The notes under the pieces were generated by a model. The model was not told the DNA's origin. It did not search any database and saw nothing but the letters and a program-made list of their open reading frames with translations. From NCBI GenBank assembly GCA_965224085.1, contig CBDCYI010000005.1:1760001-1824000 (forward strand): a DNA stretch of 64,000 bases. Direction: 5' to 3'. The position numbers were made by a program, and so were the translations under genes. Below, piece by piece: positions 50,115-59,266 of the stretch. Numbering within the stretch: the first letter of the stretch is position 1; each line of letters opens with the position of its first letter. This DNA is from Candidatus Marinacidobacterales bacterium. GTDB taxonomy: Bacteria > Acidobacteriota > Vicinamibacteria > Marinacidobacterales > SMYC01.

Positions 50115-50861
50115 TCGCTCCAGCTCTGCCATCGTAACGGACTCGACGGATTTGCCGTCGGCCGCGAGCCGCTTTTCCATGAACCGAAAACGCTTGGAGA
50201 ACTTCTCGTTCGCATCCAAGAGTGCCACCTCGCCGTCTGTTCTCGAAAGCCGCGCAAAATTGACGATCGCGAAGAGTAAATCGCCGAGCTCTTCGTGAAC
50301 CGAGGATTCGTTTCCCGCGCGCACGGCCTCTTTCAGCTCGAGAACCTCTTCATCGATTTTTTTGAGAACTTGCTCGCGAGAGTCCCAGTCGAAACCTGCG
50401 TGGGCGGCCCGCTTCGAGAGCTTGGCCGCACGTCCCAGGGCGGGGAGCGAGTGTTCTACGCCGTCGAGATGCGATGTGGGCGAGGGCTTCTCCTTGGCTT
50501 TGATGTCTTCCCAGTGTGCGAGCGCCGCTCCCGCGCCGTCGGCGGTCTTGGACTCGAAGACGTGTGGATGACGCCGGATCAGCTTTTCTCGGATCCCACG
50601 CACGATCTCGGGCATCGTGAACGCCCCCGCTTCAATCCCCACTTGAGCGACGAAAACGACTTCGAGGAGAAGGTCGCCGAGCTCTTCGCAAACGGCTTCC
50701 GTGTTGTTTTGTCCGATCGCGTCCACGAGCTCGTAGGCTTCTTCGAGTACGAAGGACCGCAAAGACGCCATCGTTTGCTCGCGATCCCAAGCGCATCCAT
50801 CTGGAGCGCGAAGCCTCGCCATCAGTTCAATGAGCATTTCGAACTCTTCACCTGCGCTCAC
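50091..50861 (-). CDS. mazG: Nucleoside triphosphate pyrophosphohydrolase
   Basis: LRAPDGCAWDREQT, EEAYE, EELGDLL (twice), RRHPHVF. Confidence 0.95.
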   Translation of the reverse strand: MSAGEEFEMLIELMARLRAPDGCAWDREQTMASLRSFVLEEAYELVDAIGQNNTEAVCEELGDLLLEVVFVAQVGIEAGAFTMPEIVRGIREKLIRRHPHVFESKTADGAGAALAHWEDIKAKEKPSPTSHLDGVEHSLPALGRAAKLSKRAAHAGFDWDSREQVLKKIDEEVLELKEAVRAGNESSVHEELGDLLFAIVNFARLSRTDGEVALLDANEKFSKRFRFMEKRLAADGKSVESVTMAELERLWAEAKN

Positions 50862-50995
50862 GTTCCTTCATGCCTTTCTTTCGCTTCTTTGGTGGGGTAT
50901 CGTCTGTAAATTCTTGAAAAAATTAGAGATATAGTAGCGTCCGTCTGTTGATCCGCCTATCTCGCTATGCTATTTTCGGGAATTATAAGAAACGA

Positions 50996-51024
50996 TTGAC
51001 AAGGCACCCGTGATCGTGTATTCT
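50996..51024 (+). promoter_or_regulatory. Sigma70-type promoter of the IS1595 transposase (probably leaderless mRNA)
   Basis: TTGACA-17 nt-TATTCT with ATG 7 nt downstream; GATCGT/ACGATC inverted repeat across the -10. Confidence 0.6.
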
Positions 51025-51030
51025 ACGATC

Positions 51031-52011
51031 ATGATGACGCGATACAACTCCCCAGGGCGAGGGCACCGGGAAGGCATAACCGTTGTTCAGCTCATGGACA
51101 TGTTCCCGACCGATGAAGCGGCAACCAAATGGTTCGAGGCTGCAATCTGGCATGGCACTCGGTGCTGCGGACATTGCGGTAGCCTCAGCACCAGCGAAGT
51201 CCCGAACGAAAAGCCGATGCCCTACTGGTGCTCCACCTGCCGGAGCTACTTCAGCGTTCGCACGGGCACCCCTATTGCCCATTCTAAGATCGCGCTCCGC
51301 AAATGGGTTATCGCCATCTACCTCTGCTTGACTAGTCTCAAAGGCGTCTCGAGCATGAAGCTCCACCGAGACATCGGCGTCTCACAGGCCGCGGCTTGGT
51401 TCATGCTCCATCGGATTCGAGAAGCGTGGAGCGGTCCTAACGGCAAATCGTTCGCCGGGCCTGTCGAGGTAGACGAAACCTTCTTCGGCGGGAAGGCTCG
51501 CAACATGCAGCACGCCCACAAGCGCGAGCAGGCTATTAAGGGCCGAGGATCCGCAGGGAAGACGGCCGTCATCGGCGCGAAGGACCGCCGGACGAACCGT
51601 GTCAGCGCCGAGGTCATCGGCAACACCGACCAACCGACGCTCCAAGGCTTCGTCGCGAAGAATGTCGATCCTAGCGCGAAGCTCTACACCGACGACCACA
51701 GAGGCTATGTCGGTCTACCCAATCACGAGACGGTGAAGCACAGCGTCAAAGAGTACGTCAACGGAATGGTGCACACCAACGGGATTGAGAGCTTCTGGTC
51801 GATGCTCAAGCGGGCGCACAAGGGGGCGTTCCACAAGATGAGCCCCAAGCACTTACAACGCTACGTTAATGAGTTCGCTGAGAAGCACAACATCCGCGAC
51901 CTAGGAACTCTCGACCAAATGCTCGACACCGTCGCTCGGCTTGTCGGACACCGACTTCTCTACCGTGACCTCGTCGCCAAGAACGGGCTCAGTTCGATGG
52001 CGAGGTCGTAA
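51031..52011 (+). CDS. IS1595-family transposase
   Basis: Zn ribbon CGHC..CSTC, VEVDETF, YTDD, HTNGIESFWS, YVNEF. Confidence 0.95.
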   Translation: MMTRYNSPGRGHREGITVVQLMDMFPTDEAATKWFEAAIWHGTRCCGHCGSLSTSEVPNEKPMPYWCSTCRSYFSVRTGTPIAHSKIALRKWVIAIYLCLTSLKGVSSMKLHRDIGVSQAAAWFMLHRIREAWSGPNGKSFAGPVEVDETFFGGKARNMQHAHKREQAIKGRGSAGKTAVIGAKDRRTNRVSAEVIGNTDQPTLQGFVAKNVDPSAKLYTDDHRGYVGLPNHETVKHSVKEYVNGMVHTNGIESFWSMLKRAHKGAFHKMSPKHLQRYVNEFAEKHNIRDLGTLDQMLDTVARLVGHRLLYRDLVAKNGLSSMARS

Positions 52012-52158
52012 GGGACTCAGCAACGCGCGGGCCAATCTCTCCGGCGTGGCGCCGGCCAGGTCGCGCTCGGGGATGATCATCGGTGGTCTCATAGCTTCAC
52101 CTTGATGTTACCGACCCGGTCCTCTACGCGTTCGAGCCGCTTATCCATCTTCTCGGTC

Positions 52159-52443
52159 CTACGGCCCAATGAGGTCTAGCTTCTGACCGAATACTCCAAA
52201 ATTGTGCTCAAGGGTGCTGAACCGGTGACCCATCGCGTCGAGCTTTGACGACAGCCCGTCGATTTTACCCGACACTTTTTCGATGTCGTCGATTATCTCT
52301 CCTTGCCTGAACCCGTACTTCTCGTCGAGCCTCGTCGCGATTGCGTCTGCCAGTTCATGCGCGAACTTAGGGTCTTTTGCCATCAGAGCCGCAAGCCTTT
52401 CAATGTCTTGATCCGATAGACCGTCTGCATTATAATCCAGCAC
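52159..52443 (-). CDS. Small coiled-coil hypothetical protein (IS cargo)
   Basis: 94 aa with heptad pattern IEKVSGKIDGLSSKLDAM. Confidence 0.5.
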   Translation of the reverse strand: MLDYNADGLSDQDIERLAALMAKDPKFAHELADAIATRLDEKYGFRQGEIIDDIEKVSGKIDGLSSKLDAMGHRFSTLEHNFGVFGQKLDLIGP

Positions 52444-52486
52444 AGAAGTTCTCCCTGTCTCCGCGCTGTCACGCGGTGATGATTTA

Positions 52487-52523
52487 AAAGCCCCGGGGGT
52501 AATTCCCCGGGGCTTCTGCTTTT
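52487..52523. terminator. GC-rich hairpin, possible bidirectional terminator
   Basis: AAGCCCCGGGG-GTAATT-CCCCGGGGCTT flanked by A/T runs. Confidence 0.55.
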
Positions 52524-52859
52524 CAGGCTCTACTCTATCACTACCTCGGCGGATTGGTGTAGAACCTCACAATCCCTCTGTTTCTGAGGTCGTCTGTATA
52601 TCCGATAGCGATGTAGAAGCCCAGCTGTGCGCTGAATGTGAAGCTTTTAGTGCTGCCAAGCCTCCAGCCTGTTGTTACCGAACGCATTGACAAAATGATC
52701 CGCGCCATACTCCCATATTGGCTCGAAGTTTCGATTCTCGCCTCGGATGAAGTTCAAATTGGCTCCCACGCCCCCCGTGTTCGAACATCCTCGCGGTCAT
52801 CAGGCTGCAACGTCAATGGAATCCGGCCTGGATCGCGTGCTACGTCCTCACGGCGGGCC

Positions 52860-53529
52860 GCTCTCGTTTGGCTGCGCTTCTATATCTTTTATGCGACGTT
52901 GGCCGCGGCCGTAGTGGGTCTGCTTGTTGGGAATCGGAGGAATCCCATCTTGGGGCTTGTCACGCAATTGAGCCTCGTCTTCGCCGTCCTCTTTGCTCCT
53001 GACCTACACACCGGTCGGGCAGGAAGTGCTACTTAGAAGCCGTTTCCTGGATTTGGGGCTCCTTCAGTTCTCCCGAACCGACCTCTCGCGCGCGGCAAGC
53101 GGCTATGGCAGCGACGCGGATATCTCCACTGTGGCTGGCTTGCTCAGCGCCCTGCCGATCGGCATCATGCATTTGCTGTTTGGACCTTTTCCGTGGACGG
53201 TGAGCAATCTGCGCCAGACCTTGGCGCTCCCCGACGTGCTGGCTTGGTACGCGCTCACACCGGCGCTCATCGCCGGTATCGGCCTGGCTTTGAAGCGGCT
53301 CCGACAGACGATGCCCATCCTCGTCTTTACAACTGCGCTGACGCTTGCCTATGGTGCCTTTCTCGGCAATGTCGGCACCGCCTACCGGCAGCGAACCCAG
53401 ATCATGATGTTCTACTTTCTGTTCGTCGCGGATGGTCTGCACCGCAAACGCCGGATGGCCGGAAGCGAGGAGCCGAGTGCGACACAGTCCGCTCGAAATC
53501 AGACCTTGAATCCGATCGCGCACCAATAG
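52860..53529 (+). pseudogene. 5'-truncated polysaccharide polymerase-like membrane protein
   Basis: LRFYIFY..TM segments, frameshift near 52993, then LFGPFPW..NVGTAYRQRTQ. Confidence 0.6.
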
Positions 53530-54344
53530 GGCGGTCCGCTCGAAAAACGAATATCCATGAGACCAGCCTCGAGCAACATAACTTCGATCTGTCGAGCTGT
53601 GAACCGCTGCTCGAGCGGTGTTCCGAAACGATCGCGCGCGTCCGTTCTCATCGTATACAGGCTTCGATCGCGATAGGCCGAAAGGGGCCATTGGGAGACG
53701 TCGATGCCCAGGGCTTGTGTAAATCGCGCGGCCTGTGCGAGGGGCCAGTAAATCGATAGGGCGAGAGCGTCACAGCAAAGATCTTTGATTCGAGACGGCA
53801 AGCTAGCGACAACAAGCCGGACAGCATCCGATCCGCGCCACAAGCATCGAAACCACAACGGCCGATTGTCGAAGGCGTAGTAGAGATAGACGAGAAAAGG
53901 CGCTCCCTTTTTGAGCACTCGCACCGAGCTCGCGAGCGCTGCCGCAGGGTCCGGGACGTGGTGCAAGACGCCGAGCGCATAGGCGAAGTCCAGCGAGTTG
54001 TCTTCGAAGGGCAACGCGTCGACGCTCGCATGGTGAAGAATGACGTTGTCGTAGCGGTGGAGCTTCACCCGGGACACTTGAAGCGCTTCCTCGCTAGGAT
54101 CCACGCAATGCAGCTCGCCGACGTTTCGGCGCGCTACGAAGTGCGCCCACCGTCCGCTGCCGCAGCCGATATCGGCGCCCCGCGCTCGTTGCGGGAGCGA
54201 TTCCCAGGGAAAGATTGCAAAATATTCCTCAAATAGACGCTCGAGCTCGTCGACGTCGACGTCTTCCTGGTCGAATCGCGACCACTCTTGCGAGAACGAT
54301 TCCACCGTTCTGTGATGGACGTTGTCGAGTATTAGCCTCTTCAT
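53499..54344 (-). CDS. Class I SAM-dependent methyltransferase
   Basis: DIGCGSGRW, LPFEDNSLDF, GVLHH. Confidence 0.9.
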   Translation of the reverse strand: MKRLILDNVHHRTVESFSQEWSRFDQEDVDVDELERLFEEYFAIFPWESLPQRARGADIGCGSGRWAHFVARRNVGELHCVDPSEEALQVSRVKLHRYDNVILHHASVDALPFEDNSLDFAYALGVLHHVPDPAAALASSVRVLKKGAPFLVYLYYAFDNRPLWFRCLWRGSDAVRLVVASLPSRIKDLCCDALALSIYWPLAQAARFTQALGIDVSQWPLSAYRDRSLYTMRTDARDRFGTPLEQRFTARQIEVMLLEAGLMDIRFSSGPPYWCAIGFKV

Positions 54345-56336
54345 TCGCCGTGCTTGCTTCCCGACGCCCGATAGCGCGCGAGAGCCGATTCGGCTTCAGA
54401 TCCCGAGCCGGCCGCGCGCCGCATCATCAACGGGTCGTCGTCGACATAAGGGGCGATAACGCTGATCGCGTCGAAAGGGGTGAGCCCCGGCTCGAGCTCG
54501 CGCCCGCGTTCGAGCTGCTCGAGTGCTTCGTCAAGACGGCATCTCGACGCGAGGTAGAGAGCGTAATTGGCGCGCAGGCTCGAATGGTGGGGCTCGAGCT
54601 CGAGCGCGCGTTCGAACAGCTCGTCGGCCAGCGCGTCGTTGCCTCGGTTCGCTTCCGTCCATGCGAGCTCGAACCAGTAGCGGCCGCGGGCTGGCGCGAG
54701 GCGAATGGCTTCGCGAAAGGATAAGGCGGCTTGCTCGAGCCTTATCTCGCGAAAGCGTGCGGCATCTCGAGGCCGAAACGCGTCCTCGTTGTAGAGCCGT
54801 CCGATGAGGAATACGGTCTCGGCGTTTTGAGGAACACGCTTGCGCGATCGCGCGAGCTCTTGAATCAGATCCATAAACTCGGCCGGATCCGTCAAGAGAG
54901 GATCGATCCGTCGCGCCAGCCGCCGGCTCTGGCCCGCATCCACGGTGAGGATCGTCAGCCCGAGACAGATGACGGCGAGCGGTGCGGCGGCGAGAACGTG
55001 AAGACGGCGAGGCTTCCATCGGCGGGGAGGCCCGTCCGCGTGCGCGGCGATGAGGCCGACCATGCTCGCAAACAGCAGGGTGTTCGAGGGGATGTGTAGA
55101 TTGAAATCGTAGAGACCGTGAACCAAGAGCGCAGCCACCCCCGCGATGAGCCCCGAGAGCAGCCCCCGGGCTCGTTGCGACCTTTCCCCTTCGATCGCTC
55201 TCGAGGCCACGCGCCCGATCGCGCCAAAGAACGCAAGTGCTATTAGGATGCCGAGAATGCCGGTCTCGCACAGGAGCTGGACCCAGTCGCTCTCCGCATA
55301 TTCGGCCCGCATCTCCGCACGCCCGCTGCGATAGCCCGGAATTACCGCGGCATAAGTCCCGAGGCCGGTTCCCAAAGCCGGCGCGTCGAAAGCGATGCCC
55401 AAGGAGTCGTACCAGAGGTCCAAACGGAACTGCACCGAGTCGTCGGTACCCGGATCCTTGAGCGTCGAGAACCGATCGGCAAGACTCGATGGCGCGGAGG
55501 CTGCGAGAAAGAGCGCCACCGCGACGGCCCCGGCGAGGATGAGTGCCTGTCGTCTCGAGAGCCAAGCAAGCACGGTGAGGCCCACGCCCGCTGCGATGAG
55601 ACCGCCGCGGGAATGGGACAAAAAGAGTGAGATCCCCATGAGGCCCGATGTTCCGCCGAGAAGAACCGCCAGCGCCGCGTTGCGGCGCAAGGTTCCGAAC
55701 GCGGCGCCGAGGGTCAAGAGTCCGCAAGCCTCGGTGAAACCAGCGAAGTGATTGTGGTTCACGAACGGGCCATAGGGCGTTCCCGAAGGGACGGGGAATC
55801 GTCCGTAGAGAACCGTTCCGTAGCGCGCCTTTTGGAACACGGCAAAAAGTGCGAGCGCCACACCGAGAAATGCCACGGTATAGACGAGGACCCGTCTCTC
55901 GGCGCCGCAGCGAAAGAGTTGGCTCGCAAGCCAGAAAGCGGCGAGAAAACCCGCGAGCTGAAGAAAGCCGGAGCGTGTCTGAAAAGTCTCGAGAGACATC
56001 GGATGCCAGGCACGGTCGCCGGTGACCGGTCCTTGCCGCATCGTAGTCGCGAGCGATCGCGGGCGCCAAAGTTTCGCTGAAACTCGAGGGGAGCGGCACT
56101 TGCTGGACCGCTACGAGAGCAAGGGCCGCTGCGAGCCATTGCCACCCCGGGGTCCGATAGGCGCGACCGAAATAAAGACGGCTCAGAAGAAACAACCCCT
56201 CGAGCAGAAGGAGTGCGGAAGCCAGAGCGGCTGCGGGGCCGGGCGTCACCGAGCCGAAAGGCCATGGGGCGACGACGATGAGCAGAAGAAGGGCGAGGCG
56301 AAACGCCCAGTCGCAGGCCCGCTCGCATGGGCTCAT
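54341..56336 (-). CDS. O-antigen ligase family protein with C-terminal TPR (frameshift near 56040)
   Basis: PWPFGSV N-terminus in one frame; GPFVNHNHFAG, SRGG, GTGLGTY, DFNLHIP and TPR in the next. Confidence 0.82.
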
Positions 56337-56648
56337 GCGAGCGGTCGCAGATAGAGTTCTGCATGATAGCGGCGGAGAGTCCGCGTCGCTCCTGCTCTAG
56401 TGATTAAAATGTTGGCTGTCGAAAGTACTTAGAAAGATCTTAGCACACGGCTTAGGACAGCCGTCCGACGTGAGGGTAAAACCACCTCGAGCTGTGGGGC
56501 CCTCAAAAGGGTTTTGAAGGGATTCGCCCACGTACCCATGCGACCACGCGTCTCGAAGCTGATCGCGCTCGGGCTCAAGTGTTTGTGGAAACTCTTTGGG
56601 TGGAGCGTTTATCGACCTTCTCGTTCGAGTGCTCGCTCCGTCAGAGTT

Positions 56649-56664
56649 TGGCAAAGCTCTTGCT
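56649..56664 (+). promoter_or_regulatory. Sigma54 (-24/-12) promoter
   Basis: TGGCAAAGCTCTTGCT: GG-N10-GC. Confidence 0.65.
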
Positions 56665-56674
56665 ATAGACACCC

Positions 56675-56890
56675 CGTATTGAGAACAACGCAAACACGCT
56701 GCTGCCACCTAGCAATTCTTGGGTTTGCCGCTCGGCCATGTGAACCGCGCGGCGTCAGAGCGAGGTGGGGTCGGAGTGGGTGTGAAGGTCGATTCCGGTA
56801 ACGGTCCCGGGCTTCGGTTTTGCGCATCCAAGTTGGGGGCTCCGACCCCGCCCGCCTTTCAAAATTCACGATCGGCATCAGGGCCGTGAT
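56675..56890 (+). ncRNA. Structured sRNA candidate (long irregular hairpin)
   Basis: Nested stems from 56733 to 56886 with many G-U pairs that work only on the + strand. Confidence 0.6.
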
Positions 56891-56910
56891 CTATCCCTTC
56901 CTTGCCTCAC

Positions 56911-57834
56911 TCAACTCCTTGCGGCTTGCCAGATGTCTACACAGCCTTTGTAATTTTGGGCGATGGCATCGATCGCGGCCGACTCCTCCATCGAGTTGTC
57001 CAGGTAGCCTTTGAGCGCTTCACTGAAGTTAGTGCGGCCGACGGCGAAGCCGATGAAGCCATCGACCGGCGCCGAGACTTTCAGCCACTCATGGACTTTC
57101 TCTTTGCTGGAGCCGCGCCCGAGGAGGATTGAGCCGCACTTGGCGCGCTCGTCGTTCGAGCGGACTTGGGCGGCGACGGCCTCGGCGTGCTCGCGCTTGT
57201 CGAGCCCTTCGATCTTCCAGATATCCGGCTCGATGCCGAAATCCTGGATTTCCTGGATCGCCTGGACCATGTGCTTGGGACGGATTTCCGAATCGTAGCT
57301 CTCGCCAGCGGCTTTATCGTCGTCGGACGTCGCCGGGACGAGGAGCTCGAACATGTAATAGTGGTCGTCGTTCGCGTGGATGTAATCCGAGAGAAGCTTG
57401 AGCCGTGTCAGCTGCTCGCGGTTCATCAAAGCGTCGTCTTCGGGATGGTAACGGACGAGAACTTTCACGATTTTCGGCGACAAGTAGCGCAGGTGATCTT
57501 CCCAACGCGCGCCATATTCGAAATCGAAGACCGATTGACCGCTCTTTTCGACGCAGACGGCCGCAGGGATGCCGCGGGAGAGCGCGTCACTCAGGATGTG
57601 GCTGCCGAATTGCGCGTCGACGAGGATTCCGACTTGTTCCTTCGGTACGCCCATCTCAATCGCTCTTAGAAGGCCGCGATAGATGAGGGTTTTCCCGCCG
57701 GAGACCTGCACGAATTGATCCTGCTCCGGGTCGATGGTGGGTGCTCCTTTGAAATCGTAAAACGTTTTCGTGAAGCTGCCCCGATGATCAAAAGGTTGCA
57801 CGAAAAGGGGCTTATCGTATCCAATGGCTTTCAT
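56911..57834 (-). CDS. DUF2090 / 2-deoxy-5-keto-gluconate-6-phosphate aldolase-like protein
   Basis: PFDHR, PDIWKIEG, LLGRG, GFAVGRT. Confidence 0.85.
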   Translation of the reverse strand: MKAIGYDKPLFVQPFDHRGSFTKTFYDFKGAPTIDPEQDQFVQVSGGKTLIYRGLLRAIEMGVPKEQVGILVDAQFGSHILSDALSRGIPAAVCVEKSGQSVFDFEYGARWEDHLRYLSPKIVKVLVRYHPEDDALMNREQLTRLKLLSDYIHANDDHYYMFELLVPATSDDDKAAGESYDSEIRPKHMVQAIQEIQDFGIEPDIWKIEGLDKREHAEAVAAQVRSNDERAKCGSILLGRGSSKEKVHEWLKVSAPVDGFIGFAVGRTNFSEALKGYLDNSMEESAAIDAIAQNYKGCVDIWQAARS

Positions 57835-58011
57835 CTAGATGGAACCTCCAATCGCGCTCGCGCGCGGTCGAGCGGGCGGCTAGTCTACTGCGGGCCCTCG
57901 CCGCGAAGCAACTCGCATCGGACGGCGAAAGCACGGAACCTTTTCCCGCCACGTCCGACAAAGATTGTGTATGAGAGCAACGGCCTCTAGGTGAGGGCCC
58001 GAAAGGGACTA

Positions 58012-59120
58012 GTGGACTGTAACAAATAAGCATTTAGTGATATACTTCTCTCATGCAAGAGAGGACCAGCGTTGTTTTGACTCGAGCGGAACGTAGGGAA
58101 CTTGGCAAACGAGTTTCGAGCCGTAGCGGTCGTGCTGACGACGCGCGGATTGCTCGCGTGTTGCTCTTGTTGGACGAAGGTGCGAGCTACACGCAGGTGC
58201 AGCAGTGGGTAGGCTGCACGGCGCCTTTTGTCAGCAAGTGGAAGCGCCGATTCTTGGAGGAGCGGCTGGCAGGTCTGTACTCGCGTCACGAGGGACGTCC
58301 GGTTCAGGTGCTCACGCCTCGGATGGAAGCACGGATTCTTTCGTGGACTCAAAAGAGCCCGACCGACGGCTCGACTCACTGGAGCACGCGCCGACTTGCG
58401 AAGAAACTGGGAATCCATCACATGATGGTGGCTCGTACTTGGAAAAAACACGGTCTACAGCCACACCGAATTGAATATTACAAAGCGTCCAACGACCCGG
58501 ATTTCGAGAAGAAGGCAGCGGATGTCATCGGTCTCTATATGAATCCGCCTCAGCACGCTGCGGTGTTTTGTATTGACGAGAAAACGGCGATCCAAGCCCT
58601 GGATCGACGGGACCCGATCTTGCCGTTGTCTCCCGGGCGGGCCGAAAGACACGGTTTCGAGTACGTCCGGAATGGAACGCTTTCTCTCTACGCCGCCTTT
58701 GACACGAAGACGGGGGAAGTTTTTGGCAAGACCGTCCGCCGACATACCAGCCAGGAGTTTGTCGCCTTCTTGGAGCAGCTGGTTGCGAGCCACAAGCGAA
58801 AGCGTGAAATTCACGTCATCCTCGACAATCTCTCGGCCCACAAAACTGCCAAGGTCACCGAGTTCCTCCAGGCCAATCCGAAACTCCAATTGCACTTCAC
58901 ACCCACCTACTCCTCCTGGCTGAACAAAGTCGAGCTCTGGTTCTCCAAGATCGAGCGCGACCTGATCCATCGAGGAGTGTTCACCTCCACCAAAGACCTA
59001 ACCCGCAAGATCATGCGCTACATTCGCAAGTACAACAAAGACCCTAAGCCCGTGAAGTGGACCTACAACGATCCGTCACGGCGCATCAAAACTACTAAAC
59101 GTTCAGCTGTTACAGTCCAC
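58012..59120 (+). mobile_element. IS630-family element with TA duplication inside CTAG
   Basis: Perfect IR CTAGTGGACTGTAACA (58009-58024) / TGTTACAGTCCACTAG (59108-59123). Confidence 0.95.
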
Positions 59121-59123
59121 TAG
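58053..59123 (+). CDS. IS630-family transposase
   Basis: THWSTRRLA, IDEK, LDNLSAHK, PTYSSWLNKVE. The stop codon is supplied by the target TAG. Confidence 0.95.
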   Translation: MQERTSVVLTRAERRELGKRVSSRSGRADDARIARVLLLLDEGASYTQVQQWVGCTAPFVSKWKRRFLEERLAGLYSRHEGRPVQVLTPRMEARILSWTQKSPTDGSTHWSTRRLAKKLGIHHMMVARTWKKHGLQPHRIEYYKASNDPDFEKKAADVIGLYMNPPQHAAVFCIDEKTAIQALDRRDPILPLSPGRAERHGFEYVRNGTLSLYAAFDTKTGEVFGKTVRRHTSQEFVAFLEQLVASHKRKREIHVILDNLSAHKTAKVTEFLQANPKLQLHFTPTYSSWLNKVELWFSKIERDLIHRGVFTSTKDLTRKIMRYIRKYNKDPKPVKWTYNDPSRRIKTTKRSAVTVH

Positions 59124-59266
59124 AGGTCGTTCGGAAGTCAAGGCCAACAGCAATACCTGCCACATAGCGGCCTCTCGGGCTTCGGCTCGGGGGGCGCTCC
59201 CACTAAGAGCCCGCGCAAGAATAACTACCGAAGGCGTCGGGATAAGCGCGCGTCGCCCTTGTCGTT

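Larger units (their letters stand above)
50924..52543 (+). mobile_element. IS1595-family element with small antisense passenger ORFs (ends uncertain)
   Basis: Transposase plus lower-GC cargo; weak IR TAGAGATATAGTAG / CTACTCTATCACTA. Confidence 0.5.
57975..59199 (+). ncRNA. Structured ncRNA interrupted by IS630 (pieces about 57975-58011 and 59123-59199)
   Basis: Rejoining gives the stem AACGGCCTCTAG/CTAGAGGTCGTT, then GGAAGTCAAGGCCAACAGCAATACCTGCCACATAGCGGCC and a UUCG hairpin. Confidence 0.55.

Noticed and set aside
56397-56801. Short ORFs in the 56.34-56.91 kb gap
   Set aside because: Atypical composition and no motifs; the region looks regulatory or ncRNA.
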